Positions 10,333 through 19,631 of a stretch of DNA of 64,000 nucleotides are shown here, piece after piece. A model generated the notes under the pieces. That model was not told the DNA's origin, did not search any database, and saw only the letters and a list, made by a program, of their open reading frames with translations. The stretch is from Chloroflexota bacterium. GTDB lineage: Bacteria > Chloroflexota > Dehalococcoidia > UBA2979. The position numbers were made by a program, and so were the translations under genes. The DNA lies in the NCBI GenBank assembly GCA_003228125.1, contig QGNP01000004.1:4559-68558 (forward strand). The letters are read 5' to 3'. How positions within the stretch are numbered: the first letter of the stretch is position 1; the number at the start of each line of letters is the position of its first letter.

Positions 10333-10437
10333 ATCGATGCATGTATTATAAATTTGTATTTGGCGGAGATCATGATTAAAAATTGAAACCACTCCATGCT
10401 CCCTATTTTAAGTAAAACTATTGTAGAAAAGAGAGTA

Positions 10438-10513
10438 TGGTGGACCTGGGGGGGATCGAACCCCCGACCTCTACACTGCCAGTGTAGCGCTCTCCCAGCT
10501 GAGCTACAGGCCC
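10438..10513 (-). tRNA. tRNA-Ala (anticodon GGC)
   Basis: Reverse complement GGGCCTGTAGCTCAGCTGGGAGAGCGCTACACTGGCAGTGTAGAGGTCGGGGGTTCGATCCCCCCCAGGTCCACCA folds as a 76-nt cloverleaf with anticodon GGC, G3:U70 alanine identity pair, TTCGA T-loop and encoded CCA. Confidence 0.99.
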
Positions 10514-10587
10514 ACATGATAAGCATAGCTTAATAAAATAAACGTATAAAAACTTAATATTTTATATAAAAATTATAAATATTATAT

Positions 10588-11316
10588 TTATAAAGGTTTT
10601 TTTGCAGGTACACCATCTCTACGAGGATATTTTAAAGGCGTTTCTTTAATTTTTTTAAAAATTATGATTACTTGTTCTTGATTACTTGTTTTAGTATCTA
10701 TATCAATTGATTCTATTAGCTCACAATTAAGCAAAGTGAGGGATGTGTTTATTTCAGAGATTTCTTTTTTACTATTTGTTCCTTTTGGTGCAAAAAAGAG
10801 ACCGTTTATTTTTAATAGAGGGATAGCATATTCAAGTAGTACATTTAAGGGAGCAACTGCTTTAGCTATAGCTATATCAAATTTTGAACGATAAGTACTC
10901 ATTTGCCCAATGTTTTCAGCACGGTTATTAATTATTTCAATTGTTTTTAATTTTGTATTTTCTTTAACTATATTTAAAAATTTTGCTCTTTTTTTATTTG
11001 GCTCTAATAGTGAACACTTTATATTGTCACTTGCAATCTGAATTGGGATTCCTGGCACTCCTATACCTGTTCCAATGTCTATTAAAGAAATATTTTTTTG
11101 CTTAGAGGTATAATATCTATCAATTATATTGAGCAGGAATAATGATTCACCAATATGCCTTGATGATATTTCTTCTGGCTTATAAATATTTGTAAAGCCA
11201 TGGTTATAGGCAGTGTCTTTAATTAACTCACAAAATTCAACCATCTTAATAATTTGCTCTTCATTTAAATTTATTCCTAATGTTGATATTTCATTGCGAA
11301 GTAATTTTTTAAACAC
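10588..11316 (-). CDS. rsmG: 16S rRNA m7G527 methyltransferase
   Basis: RHIGESL, IDIGTGIGVPGIP, RAENIG, AKAVAPL, PRRDGVPAKKPL. Start moved to GTG at 11316 with a GAGG SD; the ORF track start was 11388. Confidence 0.93.
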   Translation of the reverse strand: MFKKLLRNEISTLGINLNEEQIIKMVEFCELIKDTAYNHGFTNIYKPEEISSRHIGESLFLLNIIDRYYTSKQKNISLIDIGTGIGVPGIPIQIASDNIKCSLLEPNKKRAKFLNIVKENTKLKTIEIINNRAENIGQMSTYRSKFDIAIAKAVAPLNVLLEYAIPLLKINGLFFAPKGTNSKKEISEINTSLTLLNCELIESIDIDTKTSNQEQVIIIFKKIKETPLKYPRRDGVPAKKPL

Positions 11317-11448
11317 ATTTGCCTCTTTTTTTATTTTATATACTACTTTAATATAAATAGTATTTTCATGTATGATGTAAATAGTCAATCTATGTTTTTA
11401 GACAAAAAATATTCTAATTGATTTATTTTATATAAGAATGAGGTAGAA

Positions 11449-11931
11449 ATGGTTAAATCAGATAATTCTGATGCTTACTTTGTTACAAAAGAAGGATTAG
11501 TGAAGTTTGAAGCTGAATTAAAAAAACTTAAAGCAAAACGACCTGAAATTGCTGAATCTTTAAGAATTGCCATGCAAGATAAAGATTTTAGAGAAAACGC
11601 ACCATTGGATGCCGCAAGAGATGCTCAAGGCCTGCTAGAAGCAAAAATACGTAACATTGAATCACAGTTACGAAACGTAGTTATTGTTAATGCTAATGAA
11701 AAAAAAGGCAAAGCACATGTTGGTTCAACAATAAAATTACTCAATATACAAAAAGAATCTGAACAAACTTTTGAATTAGTCATTCCTTCTGAAGTTGATC
11801 CAGGAAATGGAAAGATATCCATTGATTCTCCTGTTGGAATTGCAGTGAGCAATCATGTCCTAGGAGATGAAATCATTGTAGAAACTCCAAGCGGCAATGT
11901 GAATTTTAAGCTTGTGGATGTATCTAATTAA
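11449..11931 (+). CDS. greA: Transcription elongation factor GreA
   Basis: DFRENAPLDAAR (acidic D/E tip), ISIDSPVGIAV, VETPSG. Confidence 0.95.
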   Translation: MVKSDNSDAYFVTKEGLVKFEAELKKLKAKRPEIAESLRIAMQDKDFRENAPLDAARDAQGLLEAKIRNIESQLRNVVIVNANEKKGKAHVGSTIKLLNIQKESEQTFELVIPSEVDPGNGKISIDSPVGIAVSNHVLGDEIIVETPSGNVNFKLVDVSN

Positions 11932-12820
11932 AAAGTAAATTAGATAAAAGCACATCTACTGCCATTCCTCCAAATAGGAATACAAGATAGGCAATTGAAA
12001 AAAGAAATAGTTTTCTTGCTTTTTGATCGGAATATTCTTTTAGCAACACAATGGAATATTTTAAGAGCAATATATTGATTGGCATTGCAATTGAAAAATA
12101 TATCCAGCTTGTTTGAGCGATAATTCCAAAAATAATTGATATACATATTAATGCTAATGAATATAATAAAATCATTTTACAAGCTTGTTGTTTGCCAACA
12201 ACAACAGGAAGCATTGGCACATTTGCTTTAGAATAATCCGCTTCTTTTAGTAAGGAGAGTGCCCAAAAATGAGCAGGTGTCCAATAAAAAACAATAAGAA
12301 AAAGCATTATTGATTCTATTGAAATTTCATTAGTTACAGCAATCCATCCAATCATTGGTGGAGTAGAGCCAGCAGCTCCACCAATGACTATATTTTGAAC
12401 TGTACGTCTTTTAAGATAGCTTGTGTAAATTACTACATAAAAAAATATTGATAGAAATGTAATAAAAGTTGCTAAAGGATTAACAGTGTAATAAAGAAAA
12501 ATAATTGCTATAGTACTTAATAATATTCCTAAAATCAATGCATGTGAATCAGGAAAAATGTTATTTGGCAGAGGTCTGTTACTTGTTCTAATCATGATTT
12601 TATCAATATCTCGATCAAAATAATGATTCATTGAATTGGCTCCACCTGCAGCCAATGTACCACCAATTAATGTGTAGCAAACGAGCTTAAAATCTGGAAA
12701 TTGATTTGCTGCTAAAATCATCGCTGGAAGAGTCGTTACAAGAAGAAGCCATATAATTCCTGGTTTAGTTAAAGCGATGTAACTAGGAATTAACTTTATA
12801 GTTTGTTTGTAGAGGCTCAT
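11924..12820 (-). CDS. ctaB: Protoheme IX farnesyltransferase (heme o synthase)
   Basis: LTKPGI, NHYFDRDIDKIMIRTSNRPLP, KRRTVQNIVIGGAAG, WTPAHFWAL. Confidence 0.97.
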   Translation of the reverse strand: MSLYKQTIKLIPSYIALTKPGIIWLLLVTTLPAMILAANQFPDFKLVCYTLIGGTLAAGGANSMNHYFDRDIDKIMIRTSNRPLPNNIFPDSHALILGILLSTIAIIFLYYTVNPLATFITFLSIFFYVVIYTSYLKRRTVQNIVIGGAAGSTPPMIGWIAVTNEISIESIMLFLIVFYWTPAHFWALSLLKEADYSKANVPMLPVVVGKQQACKMILLYSLALICISIIFGIIAQTSWIYFSIAMPINILLLKYSIVLLKEYSDQKARKLFLFSIAYLVFLFGGMAVDVLLSNLLFN

Positions 12821-12822
12821 TA

Positions 12823-12969
12823 TTATTTTTTCAAATCTTTAAAATATTTTTCAAAATCTGCTAACTTTTGCTCTGTGTCTCTTAATTTATTGTTCATATA
12901 CAAAATAAAGCTAAAAATAATAATCCAAAAACCAGTGTAGCCAATAAAAAGATAAAAAAGATTATTCAT
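12823..12969 (-). CDS. ccmD: Heme exporter protein D (CcmD)-like small membrane protein, not in the ORF track
   Basis: Manual translation: MNNLFYLFIGYTGFWIIIFSFILYMNNKLRDTEQKLADFEKYFKDLKK (48 aa). One N-terminal TM helix with a Y-x3-W motif plus a charged helical tail; ATG directly follows the ccmC stop and the stop lies 2 nt before ctaB. Confidence 0.85.
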   Translation of the reverse strand: MNNLFYLFIGYTGFWIIIFSFILYMNNKLRDTEQKLADFEKYFKDLKK

Positions 12970-13710
12970 TTAATCACTTCCGGCACTAATTTTTTTAGAC
13001 AACATGTTAATCAAAAATTCATTTTTAAATATTCTTGCATTAATGCTAATTAACCATATTGCAAACAATATTATAGCAAAAATACTTATTAGTAATACTG
13101 CGAACATGTCTGATGGTAACCTGTTTTCATTTAAAGGAGCTAGCACGATTGGTTGAGGATGCAGCGTCCTCCACCATCTTACAGACATATTTATTAAAGG
13201 AATATCTAAAAAAGAAATAATGCCAACAACGGATGCTAGTCTTGCAATTCTTCCTTCACTAAAGGGATCCAATGAATGAATAAGAAGATATCCAGTATAT
13301 AAAAATAATAATATGAGGGTACTCGTTAATCTAGCATCCCAAGTCCACCAAACTCCCCATATCGGCTTGCCCCATGCCATGCCTGACCATAGACAAGCTA
13401 TTGTAAATATTACTCCAACAAGTGCACTAGCTTTTGCCCAATGCGTATATATTTGCTTTTTACGCCACAAAAAAAATATTGAAAATAAACATGTTATGGC
13501 AAAGCATAGATAGGAAGCTAAGGCAGCAGGTAAATGAAAGTAAAAAATTCTTTGGACATCTCCCTCAACAATTTCAGTTGGCGCGATAATAAAGGCACTC
13601 ATAAGAAAGCAAATAATTAGAAGAAGAGATGCAACAGGAAGGAATCTCCTAGAGATAAAGGAGTCTTCGAAATTTTGTAAACTATCTTCAATTTTTTTAA
13701 TCATTGTCAT
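12970..13710 (-). CDS. ccmC: Heme exporter/chaperone CcmC
   Basis: RIFYFHLP, WGKPIWGVWWTWDARLTS (WWD domain), WWRTLHP. Confidence 0.96.
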   Translation of the reverse strand: MTMIKKIEDSLQNFEDSFISRRFLPVASLLLIICFLMSAFIIAPTEIVEGDVQRIFYFHLPAALASYLCFAITCLFSIFFLWRKKQIYTHWAKASALVGVIFTIACLWSGMAWGKPIWGVWWTWDARLTSTLILLFLYTGYLLIHSLDPFSEGRIARLASVVGIISFLDIPLINMSVRWWRTLHPQPIVLAPLNENRLPSDMFAVLLISIFAIILFAIWLISINARIFKNEFLINMLSKKISAGSD

Positions 13711-14363
13711 TCGTTAATTATAAATTGAAAAAGTATTACACTCATTATAATTTGCCAAAAAGAAAATAGAATTCCCAGTAATAGCCAATGATTCTCTAAT
13801 ACTGTAATTCCAAATAAACTATACGTAATCTTAGTAGCAGCTAAAATTAATGGTATTAATAGCGGTATGCCGAATATATACGTTATAATTGTGCCAGTTG
13901 GAGCTTTATAGCTTATGGGAGACAAGCATGTTAATAAAGATACAAACCCAAGAGTAATGAAAGAAATTGGAATTAACATGGTGTAAGATTTTATTTCTAT
14001 ATTAAAAAAAAGTACTGAAATGAATATTAATACCATTTCAGTACTAAAAATAAAGATAAAATTTACTAAAATTTTACTTATAGCTATAAAAACCATAGGG
14101 ACATTCATAATTCTTAATCCATCTATAAAGCCTTCATTAAGTTCATTTTCGAAGCTATTACTTGTAATTAATATGCCGCAAAAAAGAAATGTAACCCACA
14201 TTAAACCTGGTAAAATTAACTGAATCTCTAAGATAAATATATCAATGGCAAGTGCATAAAGAATAATTGAAATTACACCAAAGGCAAGTCCTGCAATCCA
14301 ACTGCTTGTATCTCTCCAAAATAGAAAAATATCTTTTTTGAAAAGTATAGTTAATTGTTTCAT
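13707..14363 (-). CDS. ccmB: Heme exporter protein B
   Basis: Six-TM protein, LFKKDIFL, FENELNEG.IDGL, PLLIPLI; lies between ccmA and ccmC. Confidence 0.88.
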   Translation of the reverse strand: MKQLTILFKKDIFLFWRDTSSWIAGLAFGVISIILYALAIDIFILEIQLILPGLMWVTFLFCGILITSNSFENELNEGFIDGLRIMNVPMVFIAISKILVNFIFIFSTEMVLIFISVLFFNIEIKSYTMLIPISFITLGFVSLLTCLSPISYKAPTGTIITYIFGIPLLIPLILAATKITYSLFGITVLENHWLLLGILFSFWQIIMSVILFQFIINE

Positions 14364-14395
14364 TATTAATATCTTTCTTTAAATTGTGCTTAAGA

Positions 14396-15055
14396 TTAAT
14401 TCTTTAAGTTGGTTAAAATTGCTCTGCCATTTTTTAATTCTATTACTGAGGTTGCCCATCTATTTATATTTTGTATGTCATGAGTTGCGGCAATGATAGT
14501 TTTTTTAGTATTTTGAAGTACATTTTTTAATAGGATTTCTTTAGCATCAATATCTAAATTATTTGATGGTTCGTCTAGAAGCAGTAAGCTTTGATTTTCT
14601 TGATTTAATAATGCACGTATTAGCACTGCTCTTTGTTTCATACCTTTAGAAAGATTTTTAATTAATACATTATTTAAATTTTTTATGTTAAAAGTTTTTA
14701 ACAGTAGAGAGATTTCAGTAGAATCATTATCACCGCTTATCATTGATTGATAAAATTGAAGGTTTTCCATTACTGTCATTCTTTCATCAAGCATAGATTC
14801 ATTGAAAGCAGCACCTATAGATGGTTTTTTTGAGCTAGGAATGTGAATATTTATATTATCATAAAATACTGTTCCTGATGATGGTTGAAGAATACCAGAA
14901 ATAATCTTAAGAAGAGTTGTTTTACCAGATCCATTACTTCCTATCAAAGCAAGTTTTTCATTAGATTGTATATTAAAATTAATGTCTCGAAGTACATTTT
15001 GGCCACTGAATGATTTATACAAATTGTTGATTGAAATAATATTATTTTTATTCAA
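14396..15055 (-). CDS. ccmA: Heme ABC exporter ATPase CcmA
   Basis: Walker A GSNGSGKTT, LSKGMKQR signature, LLLDEP Walker B; position in the ccm operon. Confidence 0.88.
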   Translation of the reverse strand: MNKNNIISINNLYKSFSGQNVLRDINFNIQSNEKLALIGSNGSGKTTLLKIISGILQPSSGTVFYDNINIHIPSSKKPSIGAAFNESMLDERMTVMENLQFYQSMISGDNDSTEISLLLKTFNIKNLNNVLIKNLSKGMKQRAVLIRALLNQENQSLLLLDEPSNNLDIDAKEILLKNVLQNTKKTIIAATHDIQNINRWATSVIELKNGRAILTNLKN

Positions 15056-16079
15056 TGTTTTTACTTTTAAATTGTGTTTTATTCTTAGATTTTCCTATAG
15101 TTAATATAACACCTATTGCTATAACTATGCTAGAAAATAAACTGGTTACAATAATCAGTTTATTTTCTAGAAAAGAAGCACGAGTACTATTAAAAATATT
15201 ATTAATTATTAGTGATGTAGATTTATTGCTCTCTATATTTTCTCTTCTGAATACTGATAATTGTTCTTTTTGAATTGAAATATTTCCTTGATAAAAAAAA
15301 CCGTCATCATATTTAATAATCTTTGAAAATCTTTTTGGAACCATTATTTCTAAAATTTTTGTTCTGTAATTACTAGTATAATTTAATTTATAACTATTTT
15401 TTTCTTCCATTTGTACGGTGTGAATTGTAGAAATCGAATTCAAACCTGGCTTAACTGGCATAAAGACATTTAACATTTTAATATCTTTATAAAAAACACC
15501 TGATCCAATATTTCCTACTGCACTTAAGGTATTATCAAATAAATTAATTTGATAAGTAGGCAACACATTATCATTATAATAGGTCCAAGAACTGTGATTT
15601 CGTAAGATATCTTCTCTAATAAATGATAGTTGCTTAGTGTCGTAGTTAATTTTACTTAATGTAATTTTTGATACAATGATTTCTAAGTTAGGTATACTTT
15701 GATCCTTTTCATAGATATCAATTGTTATATTTGATGTAGTTGCTTCTTTTTTATTGTAAAAATCACTAGCATATTTTATGTCTTGATAAATAGTTTCTAA
15801 AAAATATATAGATTCTTCATTGTCTTTAATGAAAAAAATGAAGTAGCCATTTTTTGCTACTGTTTCTTGCTCGTATTTTTCACCACTTTCTGTAATTGAA
15901 TATAAATTTATTTTTAATTCAGTTGGTAATTTTTTTGAATTAGTTTGATTTGTTATTTTTCCAGTCACTGACAATATATCATTTTCTGCGCTTGTCATTG
16001 CTATATTAAAAGAATACATGAATGATAATAATGTAAGTATTATCATTATATGTTTAGTGAGCAGATTTAGGATTTGCAT
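15048..16079 (-). CDS. Hypothetical extracytoplasmic protein (N-terminal signal/TM, beta-rich domains, C-terminal TM anchor) embedded in the ccm operon
   Basis: Hydrophobic N-terminus, SVTGKITNQT start like a carboxypeptidase-regulatory beta-sandwich, C-terminal hydrophobic helix followed by a basic tail; overlaps the ccmA start. Confidence 0.75.
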   Translation of the reverse strand: MQILNLLTKHIMIILTLLSFMYSFNIAMTSAENDILSVTGKITNQTNSKKLPTELKINLYSITESGEKYEQETVAKNGYFIFFIKDNEESIYFLETIYQDIKYASDFYNKKEATTSNITIDIYEKDQSIPNLEIIVSKITLSKINYDTKQLSFIREDILRNHSSWTYYNDNVLPTYQINLFDNTLSAVGNIGSGVFYKDIKMLNVFMPVKPGLNSISTIHTVQMEEKNSYKLNYTSNYRTKILEIMVPKRFSKIIKYDDGFFYQGNISIQKEQLSVFRRENIESNKSTSLIINNIFNSTRASFLENKLIIVTSLFSSIVIAIGVILTIGKSKNKTQFKSKNIE

Positions 16080-16086
16080 TGAAGTA

Positions 16087-16497
16087 TTACTTAATTAATT
16101 TATTTTTCTTCATGAATAATGATATTGGGACTATAGAAAGTATAAAAAAAGAAATGAAAAAGATATAAACAAACTTATTTGTTCGATTAATAATGATATC
16201 ACCATATCTGAGTTGAAAAAAATTAATAATTTCTTTATTTGACAAGCCTGTTTCAATTTGAGTTGCGATTACCTTTTTCATTTCTCTGCATATTGGTAAT
16301 TCACATAAATCTAAAGTAATGCCTCCGCATGAGGGGCATCGAATTTGCGATTCAATTTCATAGGTCCGTTTTATTTCTATAGAAACTCGGCCATCTTTTA
16401 TATTTTTTTGAGATGAATTAGCAGTGTATAAAATTGATATGCCAATAATTGAAACAAAGCTAAATATTAAAATTATTTTAAAAATTACTCTATTCAT
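16087..16497 (-). CDS. ccmH: Cytochrome c biogenesis protein CcmH/CcmL (N-terminal redox domain)
   Basis: QIRCPSC (LRCxxC-like), EIINFFQLRYGD, C-terminal TM; overlaps the ccmF stop. Confidence 0.87.
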   Translation of the reverse strand: MNRVIFKIILIFSFVSIIGISILYTANSSQKNIKDGRVSIEIKRTYEIESQIRCPSCGGITLDLCELPICREMKKVIATQIETGLSNKEIINFFQLRYGDIIINRTNKFVYIFFISFFILSIVPISLFMKKNKLIK

Positions 16498-18475
16498 TTT
16501 TGACTACGCTTTCTTCAAATAATGCCATCCCTGTTCCGAGTAAATATAATAATCCTCCCAGCCATAAAAGATTGATAAATGGATTTATATAAATATGGAA
16601 TTGAGTATTAAGATTATTATCCCATTTTTGTAAAAATATATAAGTATCCTGAATGATGCTGCGATCTATATCAACAATTGCAACAGGCTGAGCAGGGAAA
16701 GACGTGAAGAAATTCTTGCCTGGAAAAAGAGAAGTTATTAATTTATTATTTTTAAATAATGAAATATCAGCAATTACTTCAGTTTCAATTCCATTTTTGT
16801 TAGGGTTCCTTGATCTCAAAGCATTGTATTTAAAAGAATATTGACCAATATTGTATGATTCACCAGGAGCAATAGTAAATTGATTATGACTTTGAAAAGT
16901 TGTTGCTGATATAGCTCCAATTGCAAATAGAGCTAAGCCTATATGAGTAATATGACTACTTAACGATCTAATAAATAATTGAATATGAAGATTGTTCTTG
17001 TTGTAATTTTTTTTAAATTTGATTCTTGTAATACTGATAATTGATCCGTAACATATTCCGATACAGCTAGCAAATGCCAAGAATATTAAAATTTGGTCTA
17101 TGTTTATTATTATTGCTATTAATAAAAAGATTGATAGTAATAATAATATTGGAGTAACTTCTAAAATTGATTTTTTATTAGATGTAAATTTTTTAGGTAA
17201 AGAACTTGATATAGATAGAGCAGTTAATAAAATTAAAATTAATGCACCAATAGTTTGATTATAAAAATCAGGACTTAAAATTATTTTTTGATCTTTTAAC
17301 ATTTCGAATGTTATTGGTAAAATTAAAGTAGATAAAATTGCTAGCATAATCATGGTAGTAATAAATATATTTATTATTATTGCACTTTCTTTACTTAACA
17401 ATGAAGTGATTTTGATAGAGCCATGAAAATCATTTTTATTTATAGAATAAATACTTAGGATTACTAAGACAGAAAGAAAAATTAGATAATACAACCCTAT
17501 GTCAGATTCAGCAAAAGAATGAACTGAGTCAATAGCACCACTTCTAACATTAAATGTAGTAAAAATAGCTAAAATAAAACCTAATGTTCCTAACAAAAGA
17601 TTAATGTATTCAAATCCTCCTTTTTTTTGATGTAAATAAGTTGCATGTAGAAGTCCTATCATTGGCAAAAGTGCCAATATCGCACTATTTTCAACTGGAT
17701 CCCATCCCCAAAAACCTCCCCAACCAAGCACCGTATATGCCCACCAGGCCCCAAGTATATTACCTAATGTGAGTAAAAAAATTGAAACCAAGATCCATTT
17801 TCTGATTACAACAGACCATGTAACTGCAATTCCTTTTTTAGTAGCTATTCCTGTTGCAATAGCTACTGAAAAAGGAATTGCAGTTGACACTAATCCACTT
17901 AGCAAAATCGGCGGATGGATAAGCATTGTAGGATCAATTAAAAGAGGATTTAATCCTTTGCCATCAATCTGATTTATTGCAGAAAGCACAAATGGGCTTG
18001 TAAATAAAACGAGTGGAATTAATGTTAGCATTATTATGATTGAAAAAATGCTAACAATACTCAGTTGTAATTCATGAAATTTATTGAGAGATGTCCTAAC
18101 AAAAATATGTATAAAAGTACTTAAAATGAATGCCCACAGTAACAAAGAGCCTTCTTGGCTGCTATATAATGCTGCCCATTTGTATTTTGTTTCTAAGTTT
18201 ATTGATGACACAGAGAAGACGTAACTAATATTAAATTGATTTGTCAGAATCGCTATATATAAGCATGCAATAGCAATGAATAAGCATAAATTAATTAAAT
18301 ATATGTTTATTTTCATCATGGAAAATATAAAATTATTATCTTTTATTTTTTTTTGATAAGACTCAATATAGGGAATTTTAAATTTATGAATAAAGTATAA
18401 TGAAATATTTATAATAGATAATCCAAGAGCCAAGAAAGTTCCTGTAAAACCTACTGCTGAAAGAATATTAAACAT
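16490..18475 (-). CDS. ccmF: Cytochrome c heme lyase subunit CcmF
   Basis: QEGSLLLW, GLNPLL, HPPILLSG, WAYTVLGWGGFWGWDPVENS, RSG..SVHSFA, INPFINLLWLGG. Confidence 0.97.
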   Translation of the reverse strand: MFNILSAVGFTGTFLALGLSIINISLYFIHKFKIPYIESYQKKIKDNNFIFSMMKINIYLINLCLFIAIACLYIAILTNQFNISYVFSVSSINLETKYKWAALYSSQEGSLLLWAFILSTFIHIFVRTSLNKFHELQLSIVSIFSIIIMLTLIPLVLFTSPFVLSAINQIDGKGLNPLLIDPTMLIHPPILLSGLVSTAIPFSVAIATGIATKKGIAVTWSVVIRKWILVSIFLLTLGNILGAWWAYTVLGWGGFWGWDPVENSAILALLPMIGLLHATYLHQKKGGFEYINLLLGTLGFILAIFTTFNVRSGAIDSVHSFAESDIGLYYLIFLSVLVILSIYSINKNDFHGSIKITSLLSKESAIIINIFITTMIMLAILSTLILPITFEMLKDQKIILSPDFYNQTIGALILILLTALSISSSLPKKFTSNKKSILEVTPILLLLSIFLLIAIIINIDQILIFLAFASCIGICYGSIISITRIKFKKNYNKNNLHIQLFIRSLSSHITHIGLALFAIGAISATTFQSHNQFTIAPGESYNIGQYSFKYNALRSRNPNKNGIETEVIADISLFKNNKLITSLFPGKNFFTSFPAQPVAIVDIDRSIIQDTYIFLQKWDNNLNTQFHIYINPFINLLWLGGLLYLLGTGMALFEESVVKNE

Positions 18476-18478
18476 AGC

Positions 18479-18916
18479 TTACTTAGGATAATCTGGAACA
18501 TATATATCAGCTTTTTCAAGGTCTGTTAAAAATTCATTTTCATGCTTAACGATAATTGATCTTGACTTCAATTGATTTTTATTTAATGCAAATCCTTCAG
18601 CAATAATAAATGTTTTAGGACCAAATAAGCTCGGTAAAACGCCATCATGTATTATAGAAATTTTAATGTTATTTTCATCAAATATTTCAAATTTTGTAAT
18701 TCCAAGATCATTGTATTTTACTGATTTTTCAACCACTCTTCCTCCAACTCTTATTCTTAAATTATTGCTATGTTGCGTTTCTATAAATTCTTGCGGAGTC
18801 ATATAATAAGATAGAGCATTATTGGCAGAGTAAACAGCAAAAATTATAATTAGTATAGTGCTAAAAATTAATAAAAAAATTAATTGATTTTTTGCATCGT
18901 AAAAATTAATTTTCAT
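18479..18916 (-). CDS. ccmE: Heme chaperone CcmE
   Basis: N-terminal TM, YYMTPQE, IRVGGRV, GVLPSLF, IAEG, IVKHENEF (heme-binding His). Confidence 0.88.
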   Translation of the reverse strand: MKINFYDAKNQLIFLLIFSTILIIIFAVYSANNALSYYMTPQEFIETQHSNNLRIRVGGRVVEKSVKYNDLGITKFEIFDENNIKISIIHDGVLPSLFGPKTFIIAEGFALNKNQLKSRSIIVKHENEFLTDLEKADIYVPDYPK

Positions 18917-18927
18917 TGTATATTCCT

Positions 18928-19458
18928 TTAGAACCTAATTTGTTCTAACGCTATCTTTAACGCATTTTCATTAAATGGTCCAATAATTTTATTTTTAATT
19001 TTTGAATCTTTTGAAATAAAAAATGCTTCAGGTATGCCAATTAACCCAAATTCTATAGCAGAGTTATTATTGTTATCATTGCTAATTGGAAATGTGATGC
19101 CATTTTTGTTAATGAAATTTATTGAATCTTTTTTTGTGTCAAATATGTTAACTCCTAGAAAAATGTAGTCCAAATTTTTATATAATCGCCATTGTTTTTC
19201 AATAATTAACATTTCTTCTATGCAATTAGCGCACCATGAAGCCCAAAAATATATAAAGATGGGTTTGGTTTTAGAATTTTCAAGACTAATTTCTTGTTTC
19301 TCAATTGTATTAAAAACAAAATTTGGTGCTGGTTTATCTTGTATTGTGATTACAGAAGGAGTGTTTTTTATTATTGCTATCCAAAAAATTGAAAGAATGG
19401 TAATTGCAATTATTGCATATATGATACTGGTTATAGAAACATTTTTTTTATTTAACAT
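18928..19458 (-). CDS. ccmG: Membrane-anchored thiol:disulfide oxidoreductase (CcmG/ResA/TlpA)
   Basis: N-terminal TM, APNF, FWASWCANC (CxxC), GIPEAFFI; first gene of the ccm operon. Confidence 0.8.
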   Translation of the reverse strand: MLNKKNVSITSIIYAIIAITILSIFWIAIIKNTPSVITIQDKPAPNFVFNTIEKQEISLENSKTKPIFIYFWASWCANCIEEMLIIEKQWRLYKNLDYIFLGVNIFDTKKDSINFINKNGITFPISNDNNNNSAIEFGLIGIPEAFFISKDSKIKNKIIGPFNENALKIALEQIRF

Positions 19459-19551
19459 TAATATTTATTCTGTCATACATTTAGTTTAAAATAATCACAC
19501 AATTGTAAAAAGTAGCAATAATTCAATTTTAAAATTACTATCATTTTTTAT

Positions 19552-19580
19552 TTGACCTATGGAATGTTATCCTTCAAAAT
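19552..19580 (+). promoter_or_regulatory. Possible sigma70-type promoter for the cox operon (TTGACC-N17-CAAAAT)
   Basis: Motif read in the divergent ccm/cox intergenic region; weak specificity in an AT-rich genome. Confidence 0.3.
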
Positions 19581-19631
19581 ATCATATGAGTCTTTTTATT
19601 TTAAATGTTTTTATTAATTAAGGTTAAATAG

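Noticed and set aside
10438-10513. tRNA-Ala as a possible integration site
   Set aside because: No duplicated tRNA 3' end, integrase or compositional break nearby.
10329-10526. 65-aa minus-strand ORF
   Set aside because: It is the tRNA-Ala sequence read as protein.
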